From assembly GCA_963828195.1 (NCBI GenBank), contig CAWHDT010000005.1:352001-416000 (forward strand): a stretch of DNA of 64,000 nt. The letters run 5' to 3'. This document shows positions 26,807 through 37,099 of this stretch, in pieces. This stretch comes from Candidatus Bathyarchaeota archaeon (GTDB lineage Archaea > Thermoproteota > Bathyarchaeia > Bathyarchaeales > Bathycorpusculaceae). Positions within the stretch are counted from its first letter, which is position 1, and each line of letters starts with the position of its first letter. Both the position numbers and the translations under genes were made by a program. The notes beneath the pieces were generated by a model. It searched no databases. It had not been told where the DNA came from and worked only from the letters and a program-made list of their open reading frames with translations.

Positions 26807-29626
26807 TTAGATCGAAGGCACCTTTGGCTTTTCTCGGGCTTTGCTTTTGTTTTCTTCGGAAACCTCAGTTTCAAGCGTTTTTTCTGTTGCTGCTTTTGAA
26901 GAAATCTTAGGTCGAAAACATCGACTATCCGCGTCAATATTTTTGAGGTCTAAAAAGCCTTTTACTGTGCCATCATGTAAGTATTCAAGATTGAAACCCA
27001 TTTTCTTTGTAAGGCTTAAAGCGCGATAATTGTCGCTTAACATTATCGCATAGACATTTTCAACTCCTTTTTCCTTGGCAATATCAAGCACATAATCAAT
27101 CATTTTTGTTCCCAAGCCTAAGCCCTGCCAGTAATCAGTTACGATAAAAGCCATTTCACCGCTTTTTCCGTCAGGCTCTATACTTATACGAGTTACTCCC
27201 AATATTTTTCTTCGCTCACCTTCAGTTAGTTCTGCGACAATGGCTATTTCTCGGTCGTAGTCAATGTTGCAGTAGCGTACTCGAACCTCATGGGGCGTAT
27301 CTTTAAGTATCTGGAAGAAACGGTAGCGGATTGCTTCTTCCGAGAAGCTCTGAAACATTTCAAGCCACATAGGCTCGTCTTCAGGTTTTATAGGTCGCAG
27401 AAGCACTTCTTGACCGCCTTTGAGAGACCAAAGCAACTCGTATTTTTTGGGGTAAGGACTAATCACCATATGTGCATGAGGCTCAAATTTCTTGCAAACG
27501 ATATCTTTGTCAATAACTATCGTTGCATCAAGAATGCTGGCTTCTTTTCCAGTTACCAATAGCGGATTAATCCCGATATTTTTTATCTGTGGAAAATCAA
27601 CGAGAAACTGAGAAAAAAGCAGTACAGTTTCTTCAAGCTGTTTAAGATCAACAGATGGCGCATTACGGTATCCTTTCAGAAGCTGGTAAACCTTTGTTTC
27701 CTCCATCATGCGCCGTAAAAGCGTGGTATTCAACGGTGGAAGCGCTATTGAATAATCCTTAAAAAGTTCCACACCTACACCGCCCATCCCGAAAAGAATC
27801 ACGGGTCCAAAAACAGGATCGGTTTTTCCGCCTATTATTAATTCATACCCATTTTTCGCAATCATAGGTTGAACCAATACGCCGTTTATCTGGGCAGCAG
27901 AATTGTAGGCTTTAGCTCTTTGAATTAATAATTCAAAGGCTTCACGCACTGCATTTGGCGAATGTACATTTAAAATAACTCCGCCTGCGAGGCTTTTGTG
28001 GACAATTTGGGGAGAAAGAATTTTTAATGCTACTGGAAAGCCAATTTCTTGCGCTAAAGTAACTGCTTCGTCAACATTGTGTGCGACAACAGTTTTTAAA
28101 ACTGGAAAATTGTAATATTTAAGTACTTTTTGTGCTTCGCTTTCTGTTAATTCTTCACGGTTTTCAAGTGAGACATTTCTAAATATAGCTAGTATGGGGC
28201 GTTTTGGCGGTGAAGCATCAACGGGTAATTCTTCCGGAGTTTCGTAAAGAAGCTCAAGATTGCGCTGGTAATTGTACATGTACATGTATGTTTTGACCGC
28301 TTGCTCAGGTGTAGAGTAAGTAGGAATTGTGTTGGCATTAAAAATATCATTTGCCTCGTGAACTGCATCAAAACCCATGAATGAGGTAAGAATAGTTTTG
28401 TTCTGGTAAGATTTACTCCGCACAAGTTCCACTATGCCCTTTGCAACCTCTGCGGGCTCTGAACCGGCCTGCTTGGTAAAAATAACTAGTATTCCATCAA
28501 CAGTATCGTCGTTTAGGCAAGCTTCAACCGCAATTCTGTAACGGTCAACCCTTGCATCTCCAAGAACATCAGCCGGATTGCTTTTGCTCCAGAAAGGCGG
28601 CAAAACACTGTTAAGAATATCCATTGTTTTCTTGCTCAACTCAGCCAATTTGCCGCCGCGAGCAATCAAAGCGTCAGTAGCCATAACCCCTGGACCACCC
28701 GCGTTAGTTATTATAGCAAGCCTTGGCCCTTTAGGCAATGGCTGAGTTCCTAAAACCTCGGCAGCATTAAACAAATCAGCTATCTCTTCAACCCGAACAA
28801 TCCCCGCTCGTTTAAACGCCGCATCATAAACGTCATCTTCTCCCGAAATAGACCCTGTGTGAGAAGCGGTCGTTTTTGCGCTTTCAATAAATTTTCCTGA
28901 TTTCACAACGATTATAGGTTTGGTTCTTGCAAAGTGCCTTGCAGCGCTCATAAACTTACGCGCTTCAGTTATTCCCTCAACGAACATGAGTATGCTCTTG
29001 GTTTTTGGGTCTGAACCGAAATAGTCAATTAAATCGCCGAAGTCTACATCAATCATCGATCCAACTGAAACAAAGCTACTGAAGCCAATGTTTTCGTGAA
29101 TCGCCAAATCAAGAATTGCTGAACCCAATGCGCCGCTTTGCGATATAAAAGCGATGTTACCAGATTTCGGCATCTTATCCAGGAAAGTAGCATTGAGACT
29201 TATTTTTGGGTTTATTACACCAATACAGTTGGGACCGACTAATCGAATACCATATTTTTTGGCTATTTCAAGAATTTTATCTTCCAAAGCTTTACCCTCA
29301 GCGCCTGTTTCTTTGAAGCCCCCAGAAACAATAATTACGCCTTTAACAGGTGCCTTCCCACATTCTTCCATTATAGCCGGAACGGTCTTGGCCGGCGTCG
29401 CAATCACGGCTAAATCCACAAGTTCAGGAATATGAGTTACTGTTTTGAATGTTTTAATTCCTAAAATCTCAGGTTTTCGAATGTTCACTAAGTAAACTTT
29501 TCCTGTATAGTCAAGTTGAGTAAAATTTCTTACTAGAGCATATCCAACTGAGCCTTCAACGTCGCTGGCTCCGATAATGGCTACAGTACGAGGGTTGAAA
29601 ATTTTGTCAAGATTCAATGTAACCAT
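26807..29626 (-). CDS. Acyl-CoA synthetase (NDP-forming)-GNAT fusion, Pat/PatZ-like protein acetyltransferase
   Basis: CoA-binding domain (GPNCIG), SQSGA, SHTG, TNAGG, ATP-grasp, C-terminal GNAT (LRPIKPED ... QGLGLG). Confidence 0.88.
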   Translation of the reverse strand: MVTLNLDKIFNPRTVAIIGASDVEGSVGYALVRNFTQLDYTGKVYLVNIRKPEILGIKTFKTVTHIPELVDLAVIATPAKTVPAIMEECGKAPVKGVIIVSGGFKETGAEGKALEDKILEIAKKYGIRLVGPNCIGVINPKISLNATFLDKMPKSGNIAFISQSGALGSAILDLAIHENIGFSSFVSVGSMIDVDFGDLIDYFGSDPKTKSILMFVEGITEARKFMSAARHFARTKPIIVVKSGKFIESAKTTASHTGSISGEDDVYDAAFKRAGIVRVEEIADLFNAAEVLGTQPLPKGPRLAIITNAGGPGVMATDALIARGGKLAELSKKTMDILNSVLPPFWSKSNPADVLGDARVDRYRIAVEACLNDDTVDGILVIFTKQAGSEPAEVAKGIVELVRSKSYQNKTILTSFMGFDAVHEANDIFNANTIPTYSTPEQAVKTYMYMYNYQRNLELLYETPEELPVDASPPKRPILAIFRNVSLENREELTESEAQKVLKYYNFPVLKTVVAHNVDEAVTLAQEIGFPVALKILSPQIVHKSLAGGVILNVHSPNAVREAFELLIQRAKAYNSAAQINGVLVQPMIAKNGYELIIGGKTDPVFGPVILFGMGGVGVELFKDYSIALPPLNTTLLRRMMEETKVYQLLKGYRNAPSVDLKQLEETVLLFSQFLVDFPQIKNIGINPLLVTGKEASILDATIVIDKDIVCKKFEPHAHMVISPYPKKYELLWSLKGGQEVLLRPIKPEDEPMWLEMFQSFSEEAIRYRFFQILKDTPHEVRVRYCNIDYDREIAIVAELTEGERRKILGVTRISIEPDGKSGEMAFIVTDYWQGLGLGTKMIDYVLDIAKEKGVENVYAIMLSDNYRALSLTKKMGFNLEYLHDGTVKGFLDLKNIDADSRCFRPKISSKAATEKTLETEVSEENKSKAREKPKVPSI

Positions 29627-29890
29627 TTCTGAATTTAACCTCTAAGTTAAGGCTCTCACATCGACATAAATAAGTTTGTTGTGTCTTTATTTTTCCGTAA
29701 CGAATTCGGGATTCAAGAGGCAAAACTAAAGTTTCGGAAATTCATTTTTTAAAAACCGCGCCGGACCACAGGTTCCATTGGAAATACTTAAGTGCATCAG
29801 TCGAAAAAATGCAGTGACGTAAGCAATAACATTGCTCTGATTTCTCGAATTATGATGCCTCAATATTGTCACAAATAGACTTGCACTGTT

Positions 29891-30415
29891 CTAATGAATG
29901 GAAGCAACGATGGCAGTTACGGTTCCTTGAATATGTGGAACTTCTTTCTGTATTTTTAAAACAAGTCGTTTGAGATCTTCCTTGTCGCTTGCTTTTACCG
30001 CGCATATTACGTCGTATGGTCCGAATACCGTATCAGCGGACAAAACATTGGGAATACTTTGAAGCTCTTGTTGGACCACTTCAATATTTCTAGGCTGGGT
30101 ATTGAGGAAGAGAAATGCGTATGGCTCCTCCGTGAGCGGCTTGCCTTCGGATATAACAATGAGAGTTTGCGTTTTCTCAATCAGTGGTTCTTGCGGCGTT
30201 ATTGCTCTAATAGGATTGAACCATTTCTTAATGAATTCGTCAAGATCATTAAAATGCAATTGAACCAGAATGTCAACGGGGCCAAAGAGCAAAAAGACAT
30301 CCTGCATTGAAAGACCCATTTTTATTAGCTCATCTAAAACTGTATTGATTGCCAACTCGTCTAAAATTGTGTTAAAAACGCCTGTTTTACACGATAAAAT
30401 CATGTAAGCTTTCAT
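29891..30415 (-). CDS. Tandem Lrp/AsnC RAM-domain protein
   Basis: Two repeats (FGPVDILV; FGPYDVIC); no HTH. Confidence 0.8.
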   Translation of the reverse strand: MKAYMILSCKTGVFNTILDELAINTVLDELIKMGLSMQDVFLLFGPVDILVQLHFNDLDEFIKKWFNPIRAITPQEPLIEKTQTLIVISEGKPLTEEPYAFLFLNTQPRNIEVVQQELQSIPNVLSADTVFGPYDVICAVKASDKEDLKRLVLKIQKEVPHIQGTVTAIVASIH

Positions 30416-30477
30416 TGTCGCTCAAGAATTAATAGTGCTCACTGCCTCATAAGTGTTAAGTTCGGCAAATCTTTTCT

Positions 30478-31461
30478 TTATGGTTTCTTTATTTTTCTTC
30501 TGAGAATTGATGAGGGCAGCGAGTACATATAGAATGTTCCGATTGGATCTTTAATTTGGCTTATTAGAGTCTCAACGTCTTGTCCTGGTTGAAGCTCTTG
30601 TTCTCCTTCCAAGCCGAGAATGGAGGCTAAGGCGCTAAGCATAGCTGCACCTTGTTCTATCGAGTTCGGACAAGGTCCTCCGCATCCTGTGCAGGGCATG
30701 TCAACGGTCAAGCATTTAGCCTCGCATCCAGCTCGAGTTGCTGGTCCCATGCATATTATTCCCTGTTCAAGCAAGCACTTTTCCGGTTCAGGAGCCTTCT
30801 CATAAACGCGGTATATCTTTGAAATTCTCTTGTCTTCCTTCTTTCGGGGGCATTCGTCACAAACAGACTTCATCGGTGCAAGAACCGAACCTTTAGGAGG
30901 TAGTGCTTTTTTTGCTATGGCTTCAACGGCGTTACCGATTAATTTAACTGGTGGCGGGCAACCTGGAAGGTAATAGTCCACTTCAACGGTCTGATCTAAA
31001 GTCTTCACGGTGTCGTAGAATTCTGGAAGCTTCAAGAGCCCTTCTTTTGCTTCAGTCTTAGTTTTGGGAATTACATTGCTTGGATTAATGGTCGATTTGC
31101 TTTCCAAGTAGACCTTCTTGAAAATTTCTTTGCGGTCATGAAGATTTGCCAATCCCGGTATACACCCCTCTTGAGCACAGGAACCGAAGGCTACAAGCGT
31201 CTTTGACTTTTGTCTAAGAAGTTTAGCCATGTGTTCTTGCTCTTCGTTTCGAACTGAACCGTTGAAGAAGCATATGTCCATATATTTGTCAGGCATGGCT
31301 TCGAGGTCTTTATACTTGATATCTATGGCTACAGGCCAGAATACTATGTCTGCAATTTGTACGACGTCTAATATTTTCTCGTTTAGATCTAACACCGCGA
31401 TTTCGCAGCCGCCGCAACTTGCAGCCCAATAAAAGCCAATTTTCAGTTTCTCTTCAGCCAT
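30478..31461 (-). CDS. mvhG: [NiFe] hydrogenase small subunit, copy 2
   Basis: Highly similar to 18968-19957. Confidence 0.9.
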   Translation of the reverse strand: MAEEKLKIGFYWAASCGGCEIAVLDLNEKILDVVQIADIVFWPVAIDIKYKDLEAMPDKYMDICFFNGSVRNEEQEHMAKLLRQKSKTLVAFGSCAQEGCIPGLANLHDRKEIFKKVYLESKSTINPSNVIPKTKTEAKEGLLKLPEFYDTVKTLDQTVEVDYYLPGCPPPVKLIGNAVEAIAKKALPPKGSVLAPMKSVCDECPRKKEDKRISKIYRVYEKAPEPEKCLLEQGIICMGPATRAGCEAKCLTVDMPCTGCGGPCPNSIEQGAAMLSALASILGLEGEQELQPGQDVETLISQIKDPIGTFYMYSLPSSILRRKIKKP

Positions 31462-31468
31462 CTGGTTT

Positions 31469-32353
31469 TCAGCCTTCACAAACTTGCTTTAAAATTTTTG
31501 AACAGTCAACCCGTAATTCGTTGAAGGCTAATTCATTAGGTGGAATTCCCATGGCTAGACCCAGCAATTGAGGATAATGCAGAATAGGTATTCCATAGAC
31601 TTCATTAAACATTTTTTCAATACGTTGCTCATTCGTGTCATACATGATATGACAGAAAGGGCAAATCGTTATCATGGCTTGCGCATTTACTTGTTTGACA
31701 TGGTTCAATTTGTCCCTTGACAGTTGCAGGGCAACTTTGTCGCTTACGCCTGCACTTGGGGCGCCACAGCATTCAGTTTCATCCATGTAATCCAGGCAGG
31801 TTGCACCTGTGGCTTCTATTAGATTTTTGAGTCCTGTTGGGTTTTCCGGGTCCTCGAACCCGATGATGTCTCTAGGCCTCAAAATGTGACAGCCGTTGTG
31901 TTCCGCAACCTTTAGCTTCGACAAGGGTTTCGTCACTGAGCACTTTATTTTCGCTACCCCGATGTCCTCAATGAGCACTTGCATGAGATGTTTTGCATTT
32001 ACTGTTCCCTTGAATTCTAAATTTGCTTCCTTCAAACTACTATTTACTTCGTCACGAAGAGATTTGTCCTGCATTAACATTTTTTTGACTTTTCTCAAAG
32101 TACCGGCGCAGCCTGGGCAGAGCGTCAAAATATCTAAGCCTTGTTGCTCAGCCAAACATAGATTGCGTGCCGCCAAGATTATCATTGTTTCGTGGCTGAC
32201 GGGGTCTAATGGAAGCCCACAGCAATTGAACTCGGGCATCTCGATTAGTTCAACGCCTAGTTTTCCCAGAATTTTGCGAGCTGAAATCTCATACGCGGAT
32301 ACTCGGTAAGGTATGGCGCACCCGAGAAACAGAAGATACTTATGCTCGCCCAT
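31469..32353 (-). CDS. hdrB: Heterodisulfide reductase subunit B, copy 2
   Basis: Two CCG domains; paralog of 19950-20846. Confidence 0.93.
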   Translation of the reverse strand: MGEHKYLLFLGCAIPYRVSAYEISARKILGKLGVELIEMPEFNCCGLPLDPVSHETMIILAARNLCLAEQQGLDILTLCPGCAGTLRKVKKMLMQDKSLRDEVNSSLKEANLEFKGTVNAKHLMQVLIEDIGVAKIKCSVTKPLSKLKVAEHNGCHILRPRDIIGFEDPENPTGLKNLIEATGATCLDYMDETECCGAPSAGVSDKVALQLSRDKLNHVKQVNAQAMITICPFCHIMYDTNEQRIEKMFNEVYGIPILHYPQLLGLAMGIPPNELAFNELRVDCSKILKQVCEG

Positions 32354-32354
32354 T

Positions 32355-32870
32355 TTACTCACCAGCCGCCTCTACTTGTTTTGGGAAATGCACCTTTTGC
32401 AGAGTCTTTCTGATGCTTTCAGGATTACTTTTGGGTAAAGGAGGAAGCCCCTGAGTCTCGCGTTTTTTCTGTCTTAACTCTGGAATTTTGTATGCATAAC
32501 CTGATTCCATTATGCTTGCACGCTGGTCCTTGAATACCTGAGGCATGCAACCTTCTTGAGCCGCAAGGTTTCGCAAGACACGAATGACGCTCGCCACTTC
32601 AACGTCTTGAGGGCATCGGTCTGAGCAAGTAAAACATGCTGCGCACAGCCATAAAGTGTCACTGTGCAATACTCTTTCTTTTAATCCAAGCTGGGTCATT
32701 CGAATTATCTGTCTGGGTCTATAAGTTTCGCTGAACCTAGCGACGGGGCAATCTGACGTACATGTTCCACATTGGAAACAACGCATCAATTTTTCACCGC
32801 CCGGCATCTTTGAGATTTCATGTTTGAATTTAGGGTCAATTTCCGATTGTTTTACTGTTTCTGTAGTCAA
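32355..32870 (-). CDS. hdrC: Heterodisulfide reductase subunit C, copy 2
   Basis: Two 4Fe-4S motifs; paralog of 20836-21393. Confidence 0.93.
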   Translation of the reverse strand: MTTETVKQSEIDPKFKHEISKMPGGEKLMRCFQCGTCTSDCPVARFSETYRPRQIIRMTQLGLKERVLHSDTLWLCAACFTCSDRCPQDVEVASVIRVLRNLAAQEGCMPQVFKDQRASIMESGYAYKIPELRQKKRETQGLPPLPKSNPESIRKTLQKVHFPKQVEAAGE

Positions 32871-33304
32871 GTTTTTACATCCTTAATTGTTAACGGGTTT
32901 GGTCCTAATTCCTTGATTTCTCTCACCATATCGCGGACGACAGCTGCGAATTTGTCTCCTTCGCTCGCGGAAATCCACTCTAACCTGACACGTTTATCCT
33001 CTATCCCGAACTCTTGCAGAACTTTTTTCAAAAGCAATATCCGCCTTTTAGCTTTGAAATTTCCGCTGATATAGTGGCAGTCTGAGGGCAAATGGCAACC
33101 TGCAATGAGCACACCGTCGGCACCATCTTTGAAGGCTTTTAGGACAAAAGCTGGATCAATTCTGCCACTGCACATTACTCGAACAATTACAATGTTCGGC
33201 GGGTACTGGATTCTACTCACTCCAGCCAAGTCCGCGCCTGCATAGCTGCACCAGTTGCAGAGAAAACCGATTATCTTAGGTTCAAAACTTTCCGCGGCAG
33301 TCAT
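32867..33304 (-). CDS. mvhD: Hydrogenase Fe-S subunit MvhD
   Basis: [32 protein letters not shown]; ATGA overlap with hdrA. Confidence 0.92.
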   Translation of the reverse strand: MTAAESFEPKIIGFLCNWCSYAGADLAGVSRIQYPPNIVIVRVMCSGRIDPAFVLKAFKDGADGVLIAGCHLPSDCHYISGNFKAKRRILLLKKVLQEFGIEDKRVRLEWISASEGDKFAAVVRDMVREIKELGPNPLTIKDVKT

Positions 33305-36300
33305 TGTTCTTCCTCCATCAATGCAGCGTCTATCTGAGCAAGAATTTCTTCGTGAGTGAAATGGCCTAATGCTATGGCTTTGGTTGGACAAGCTGAGCCG
33401 CATGAACCACATCCCTTGCATAACGCTTCCAACACGTGCGCAACTGGTTTGCCATTCACAACTTGAATTTCAATTGCACCATATGGGCACATGTGTTCGC
33501 ATACTCTGCAGCCACTGCATAAATCTTCGACCACGCTTGCTATGGTTCCTTCTGTTTCAAGTGTTTTCTTTGAAAGCACCGTCGCAGCCCTAGATGCAGC
33601 CGCGCATGCCTGAGCAATACTTTCATCTATGTATTTTGGTGAATGCGCCATACCACAGAGGTAAACTCCTTCTGTTGCAAAATCGACGGGTCTGAGCTTC
33701 ATGTGGGCTTCCAAAAAGAATCCGTCCTTTGTTAACGGCACCTTAAGCTTCTCAGCCAAAGCCTTGTTTCCCGAATTTGGAATCGTAGCTGCACTTAAAA
33801 CCACTTGGTCAGGTTCAAGTTCAACTTCCTGTTTTAAGACTGGATCCCAAATGACAGCCTTAAGCTTACCGTTTTCTATGATGATGCATGGTTTTCTTTC
33901 ATCGCCGTAATTTATGAAGAGAACGCCTTTTGAGGCTGATTCACGGTAGAAGTCTTCCTTAAAACCGTATGTTCTCATGTCCTTGTAGAGAACGTAGACT
34001 TCCGCTTCAGGGTCTATTTCTTTAATCTTAAGAGCGTTTTTTGTTGCTTGTCCGCAGCAGATTCTTGCGCAATTCGGTTTTTCCTTGTTTCTTGCACCAA
34101 TGCACTGTATCATCAACACGCTTTTGGCTTTGAATTGCCCTTTTGCGAGTGTTTTTTCCAGTTCGTGCTGCGTTATTATTCTTGGGTCTTGACCATAGAG
34201 GTATTCTGTAGGCGTGTATTCAATGGCTCCTGTAGCAACAATAACTATTCCATGCTCAACTTCCTTCAGCATGTTCAGCTGCTTTATCTTGGACTTGAAG
34301 TTTCCCACGAACCCATAAACATCTAAGACTTCAGCATCCGTGTAAACGTGAATTTTTTCATTTTTCGTAACTTGCTCGATAAGGGCGTGGAGGTTCTTTT
34401 GAGGATCGGTCTTTTCGCCTAATAAGTAATAGATGTTGCGCAGATGACCGCCTAAAACAGGTTCCTTCTCGACAAGATGCACTTCAAACCCCTGCTTGGC
34501 AAGCTCTAAAGCGGCAGTCATTCCTGAAACTCCGCCGCCTATAACTAAGCCAACTGGAGTTACGTTTATAACTGGCTTTTTCAAAGGTTTCAAAAGCGCT
34601 GCTTTAGCGGTAATCGAGCGAACCAGGTCTTTGGCTTTCTTGGTTGCTTCTTTCGGCTGTCGCATGTGAACCCAGCTGCATTGGTCGCGGATGTTTGTCA
34701 TTTCAAACAAGTAAGGGTTCAACCCAGCTTCCTGCACCGTTTCTTTGAATAATGGCTCATGAGTTCGCGGAGTGCACGAAGCCACAACCACACGGTTAAG
34801 CTTGTTCTGCACAATCTTTTCCTTGATGAGTTTCTGCGTATCTTGTGAACACGTGTAAACGTTTGCTTCCGCATAAGCAACGTTGGGTAACTTTTTGGCG
34901 TATTCAACAACCTCGGGAACGTTTACAACTCCGCCAATGTTGATTCCGCAGTGACAAATGAAGACGCCGACTCGGGGAGGCTCGCAAAGAACGTCTCGTT
35001 CTGGCGGGTAGCTTCGTGCTGTAACTTGGGTTCCTCTGGCGCTAGCTATTATACTCATGGCTTTGGCTGCTGCTCCGCTGGCTTGTGCTACGCTTTCAGG
35101 GATGTCTTTAGGCGCGGAAAAAGCTCCGCAAACGAATATGCCCGTTTTTGACGTGTTCATGGGATCAAAGGTTTGAGTTTCGCAAAAATTATATTGGTTA
35201 AGTTCAATTCCCAGAACGGCTGCAAGTTTTTCGATATTTTTCGGAGGAACCATTCCTATTGACAGGACGACCATGTCGAACTCTTCGGTTACCGGTGTTT
35301 CGTCTTTAACGTAGTGAACAAAAAGGTTGCCTGTGGTTGGGTCCTCTGTGACTGAACCTGCGCGTGAACGGATAAATCTTATGCCATATTCTTCTTCCGC
35401 ACGATTACGATATTCGTCAAATTCCTTTCCATACGAACGCATATCCATGTAGAAAATTGATGCCGAAAGCGGCGTTGGCGTGTGCTCCTTTGCAATGACC
35501 GCTTCTTTAATGCCGTACATGCAACAAGCTGCAGAACAATATTTGTTTCCAACTTTATAGTCCCTTGAACCGACACATTGGATAAATGCGACTTTTTTCG
35601 GTATTTCGCCGTCTGAGGGCCGCAAAACAAGTCCGCCGTAAGGTCCAGAGGCACTTAATAATCGTTCGAATTCGATACTGTTTAGAACATTCGGATATCG
35701 CCCGTAGCCATATTCGGCTTTGAGCCTTGCGTCGAAAGGTTCGAAACCGGGCGCAAGTATTATTGATCCGACTTTCAGTTTGACTTGGCTATCGGTCTGG
35801 TCATACTGAATTGCACCGGCCTTACAGACTTCCGCGCAAGTTCCACATCCAACACATTTTTCACGGTCAATTAGGTATTTCAGTGGAACAGCCTGCGGAT
35901 ATTCAACGTAAACCGCACCTTTGCGCCCGAGTCCTTCATTGAAAGAATCAACCGCTTCAATAGGGCACTTTTGAGCGCATAGACCACATCCATTGCATTT
36001 TTCCTCAATTATATAACGGCTTTTTCGTCGAAGCCCAACTTCAAAATTCCCGGCTGGGCCACTTAAATTCTCTATGTCAGCGTTCGTCAGTATTGTAATG
36101 TTGGGGTGTCTTCCTGTCGCCACAAGTTTGGGTGAAAGAATACACATTGCACAATCGTTAGTGGGAAATGTCTTGTCAAGCTGTGCCATAACGCCCCCGA
36201 TGCTGGGTCCTTTATCTACAAGATAAACCTTGAAGCCTGAATCAGCCAAATCAAGAGATGCTTGAATGCCAGCAACGCCGCCGCCAACAACCATAACTGC

Positions 36301-36321
36301 ACCGACTTTCATGTCAACCAT
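33301..36321 (-). CDS. hdrA: Large two-module HdrA-family flavoprotein (1006 aa)
   Basis: Two GGGxxG FAD motifs, [33 protein letters not shown], multiple 4Fe-4S motifs. Confidence 0.92.
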   Translation of the reverse strand: MVDMKVGAVMVVGGGVAGIQASLDLADSGFKVYLVDKGPSIGGVMAQLDKTFPTNDCAMCILSPKLVATGRHPNITILTNADIENLSGPAGNFEVGLRRKSRYIIEEKCNGCGLCAQKCPIEAVDSFNEGLGRKGAVYVEYPQAVPLKYLIDREKCVGCGTCAEVCKAGAIQYDQTDSQVKLKVGSIILAPGFEPFDARLKAEYGYGRYPNVLNSIEFERLLSASGPYGGLVLRPSDGEIPKKVAFIQCVGSRDYKVGNKYCSAACCMYGIKEAVIAKEHTPTPLSASIFYMDMRSYGKEFDEYRNRAEEEYGIRFIRSRAGSVTEDPTTGNLFVHYVKDETPVTEEFDMVVLSIGMVPPKNIEKLAAVLGIELNQYNFCETQTFDPMNTSKTGIFVCGAFSAPKDIPESVAQASGAAAKAMSIIASARGTQVTARSYPPERDVLCEPPRVGVFICHCGINIGGVVNVPEVVEYAKKLPNVAYAEANVYTCSQDTQKLIKEKIVQNKLNRVVVASCTPRTHEPLFKETVQEAGLNPYLFEMTNIRDQCSWVHMRQPKEATKKAKDLVRSITAKAALLKPLKKPVINVTPVGLVIGGGVSGMTAALELAKQGFEVHLVEKEPVLGGHLRNIYYLLGEKTDPQKNLHALIEQVTKNEKIHVYTDAEVLDVYGFVGNFKSKIKQLNMLKEVEHGIVIVATGAIEYTPTEYLYGQDPRIITQHELEKTLAKGQFKAKSVLMIQCIGARNKEKPNCARICCGQATKNALKIKEIDPEAEVYVLYKDMRTYGFKEDFYRESASKGVLFINYGDERKPCIIIENGKLKAVIWDPVLKQEVELEPDQVVLSAATIPNSGNKALAEKLKVPLTKDGFFLEAHMKLRPVDFATEGVYLCGMAHSPKYIDESIAQACAAASRAATVLSKKTLETEGTIASVVEDLCSGCRVCEHMCPYGAIEIQVVNGKPVAHVLEALCKGCGSCGSACPTKAIALGHFTHEEILAQIDAALMEEEQ

Positions 36322-36324
36322 TTT

Positions 36325-37098
36325 TTAAGCCTCCAAAGCCTTGTATAAAGGCGTGTTACCTTCGATGTGATCAACCGTAATCATGTTTCTTCTCCTCATC
36401 GCAACAATGTGTTTGAGAACCTCCGCCGGCTTAAGTTCAGTAGCCGCTGATAGGTTAGCGACCGACTGCGGGTTGTTCCGTGCTAAAACATGAATCTTAT
36501 GGCGCATGAACTCTTCTTCAACTGCTTCATCAAGCAGATCCTCAAAGTTCTCTTGAAGGACTTTTTCACCATAAACATTGCATTTTTCAGTCAACTCCCT
36601 TTCCTTGCCAACTAGAACCCTCAGCCTGAAACCTGAAGCGACATCAATTGCCGCCGTAAGATTCTCAAGGATCTTCGGGTCTGGCTTGGTTCCAGATATG
36701 GGAGACTGACCTAACTTTCTTATTCTTTCAGTAAACTGCGTCACTACCTGAGCGAATCTTTGACCCTCTGACGCTGAAACCCATTCAAGCTCTATTCTTT
36801 CTGAACCTAAGCCAGTCAGCGCCAACAGTTTTTTGAGAAGCTTGATTTTTTTCTCTGCGTAAAGATTTCCTTCTGAGTAGTGGCAATCTCCCGGGTGACA
36901 GCCCAAAACAATGACCCCGTCTGCGCCCTGAGCAAAAACTTGCAGGGGAATCACAGGATCAATTCTGCCACTGCACATGACTCTTACCACTCTAATATTG
37001 GAGGGGTACTGAATTCTGCTTACACCCGCTAAGTCCGCGCCGGCATAACTGCACCAGTTGCATAGAAAACCGATTATCTTCGGTTCAAATTCTGTCAG
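36325..37098 (-). CDS. mvhD: MvhD with C-terminal winged-helix-like extension (CTG start)
   Basis: Frame extends upstream of the ORF-track start: (M)[24 protein letters not shown]; about 110 extra C-terminal residues. Confidence 0.85.
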   Translation of the reverse strand: MTEFEPKIIGFLCNWCSYAGADLAGVSRIQYPSNIRVVRVMCSGRIDPVIPLQVFAQGADGVIVLGCHPGDCHYSEGNLYAEKKIKLLKKLLALTGLGSERIELEWVSASEGQRFAQVVTQFTERIRKLGQSPISGTKPDPKILENLTAAIDVASGFRLRVLVGKERELTEKCNVYGEKVLQENFEDLLDEAVEEEFMRHKIHVLARNNPQSVANLSAATELKPAEVLKHIVAMRRRNMITVDHIEGNTPLYKALEA

Positions 37099-37099
37099 A

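Noticed and set aside
33160-37090. Near-identical nucleotide stretches at about 33160-33290 and 36960-37090
   Set aside because: Explained by the two mvhD paralogs, not a mobile repeat.
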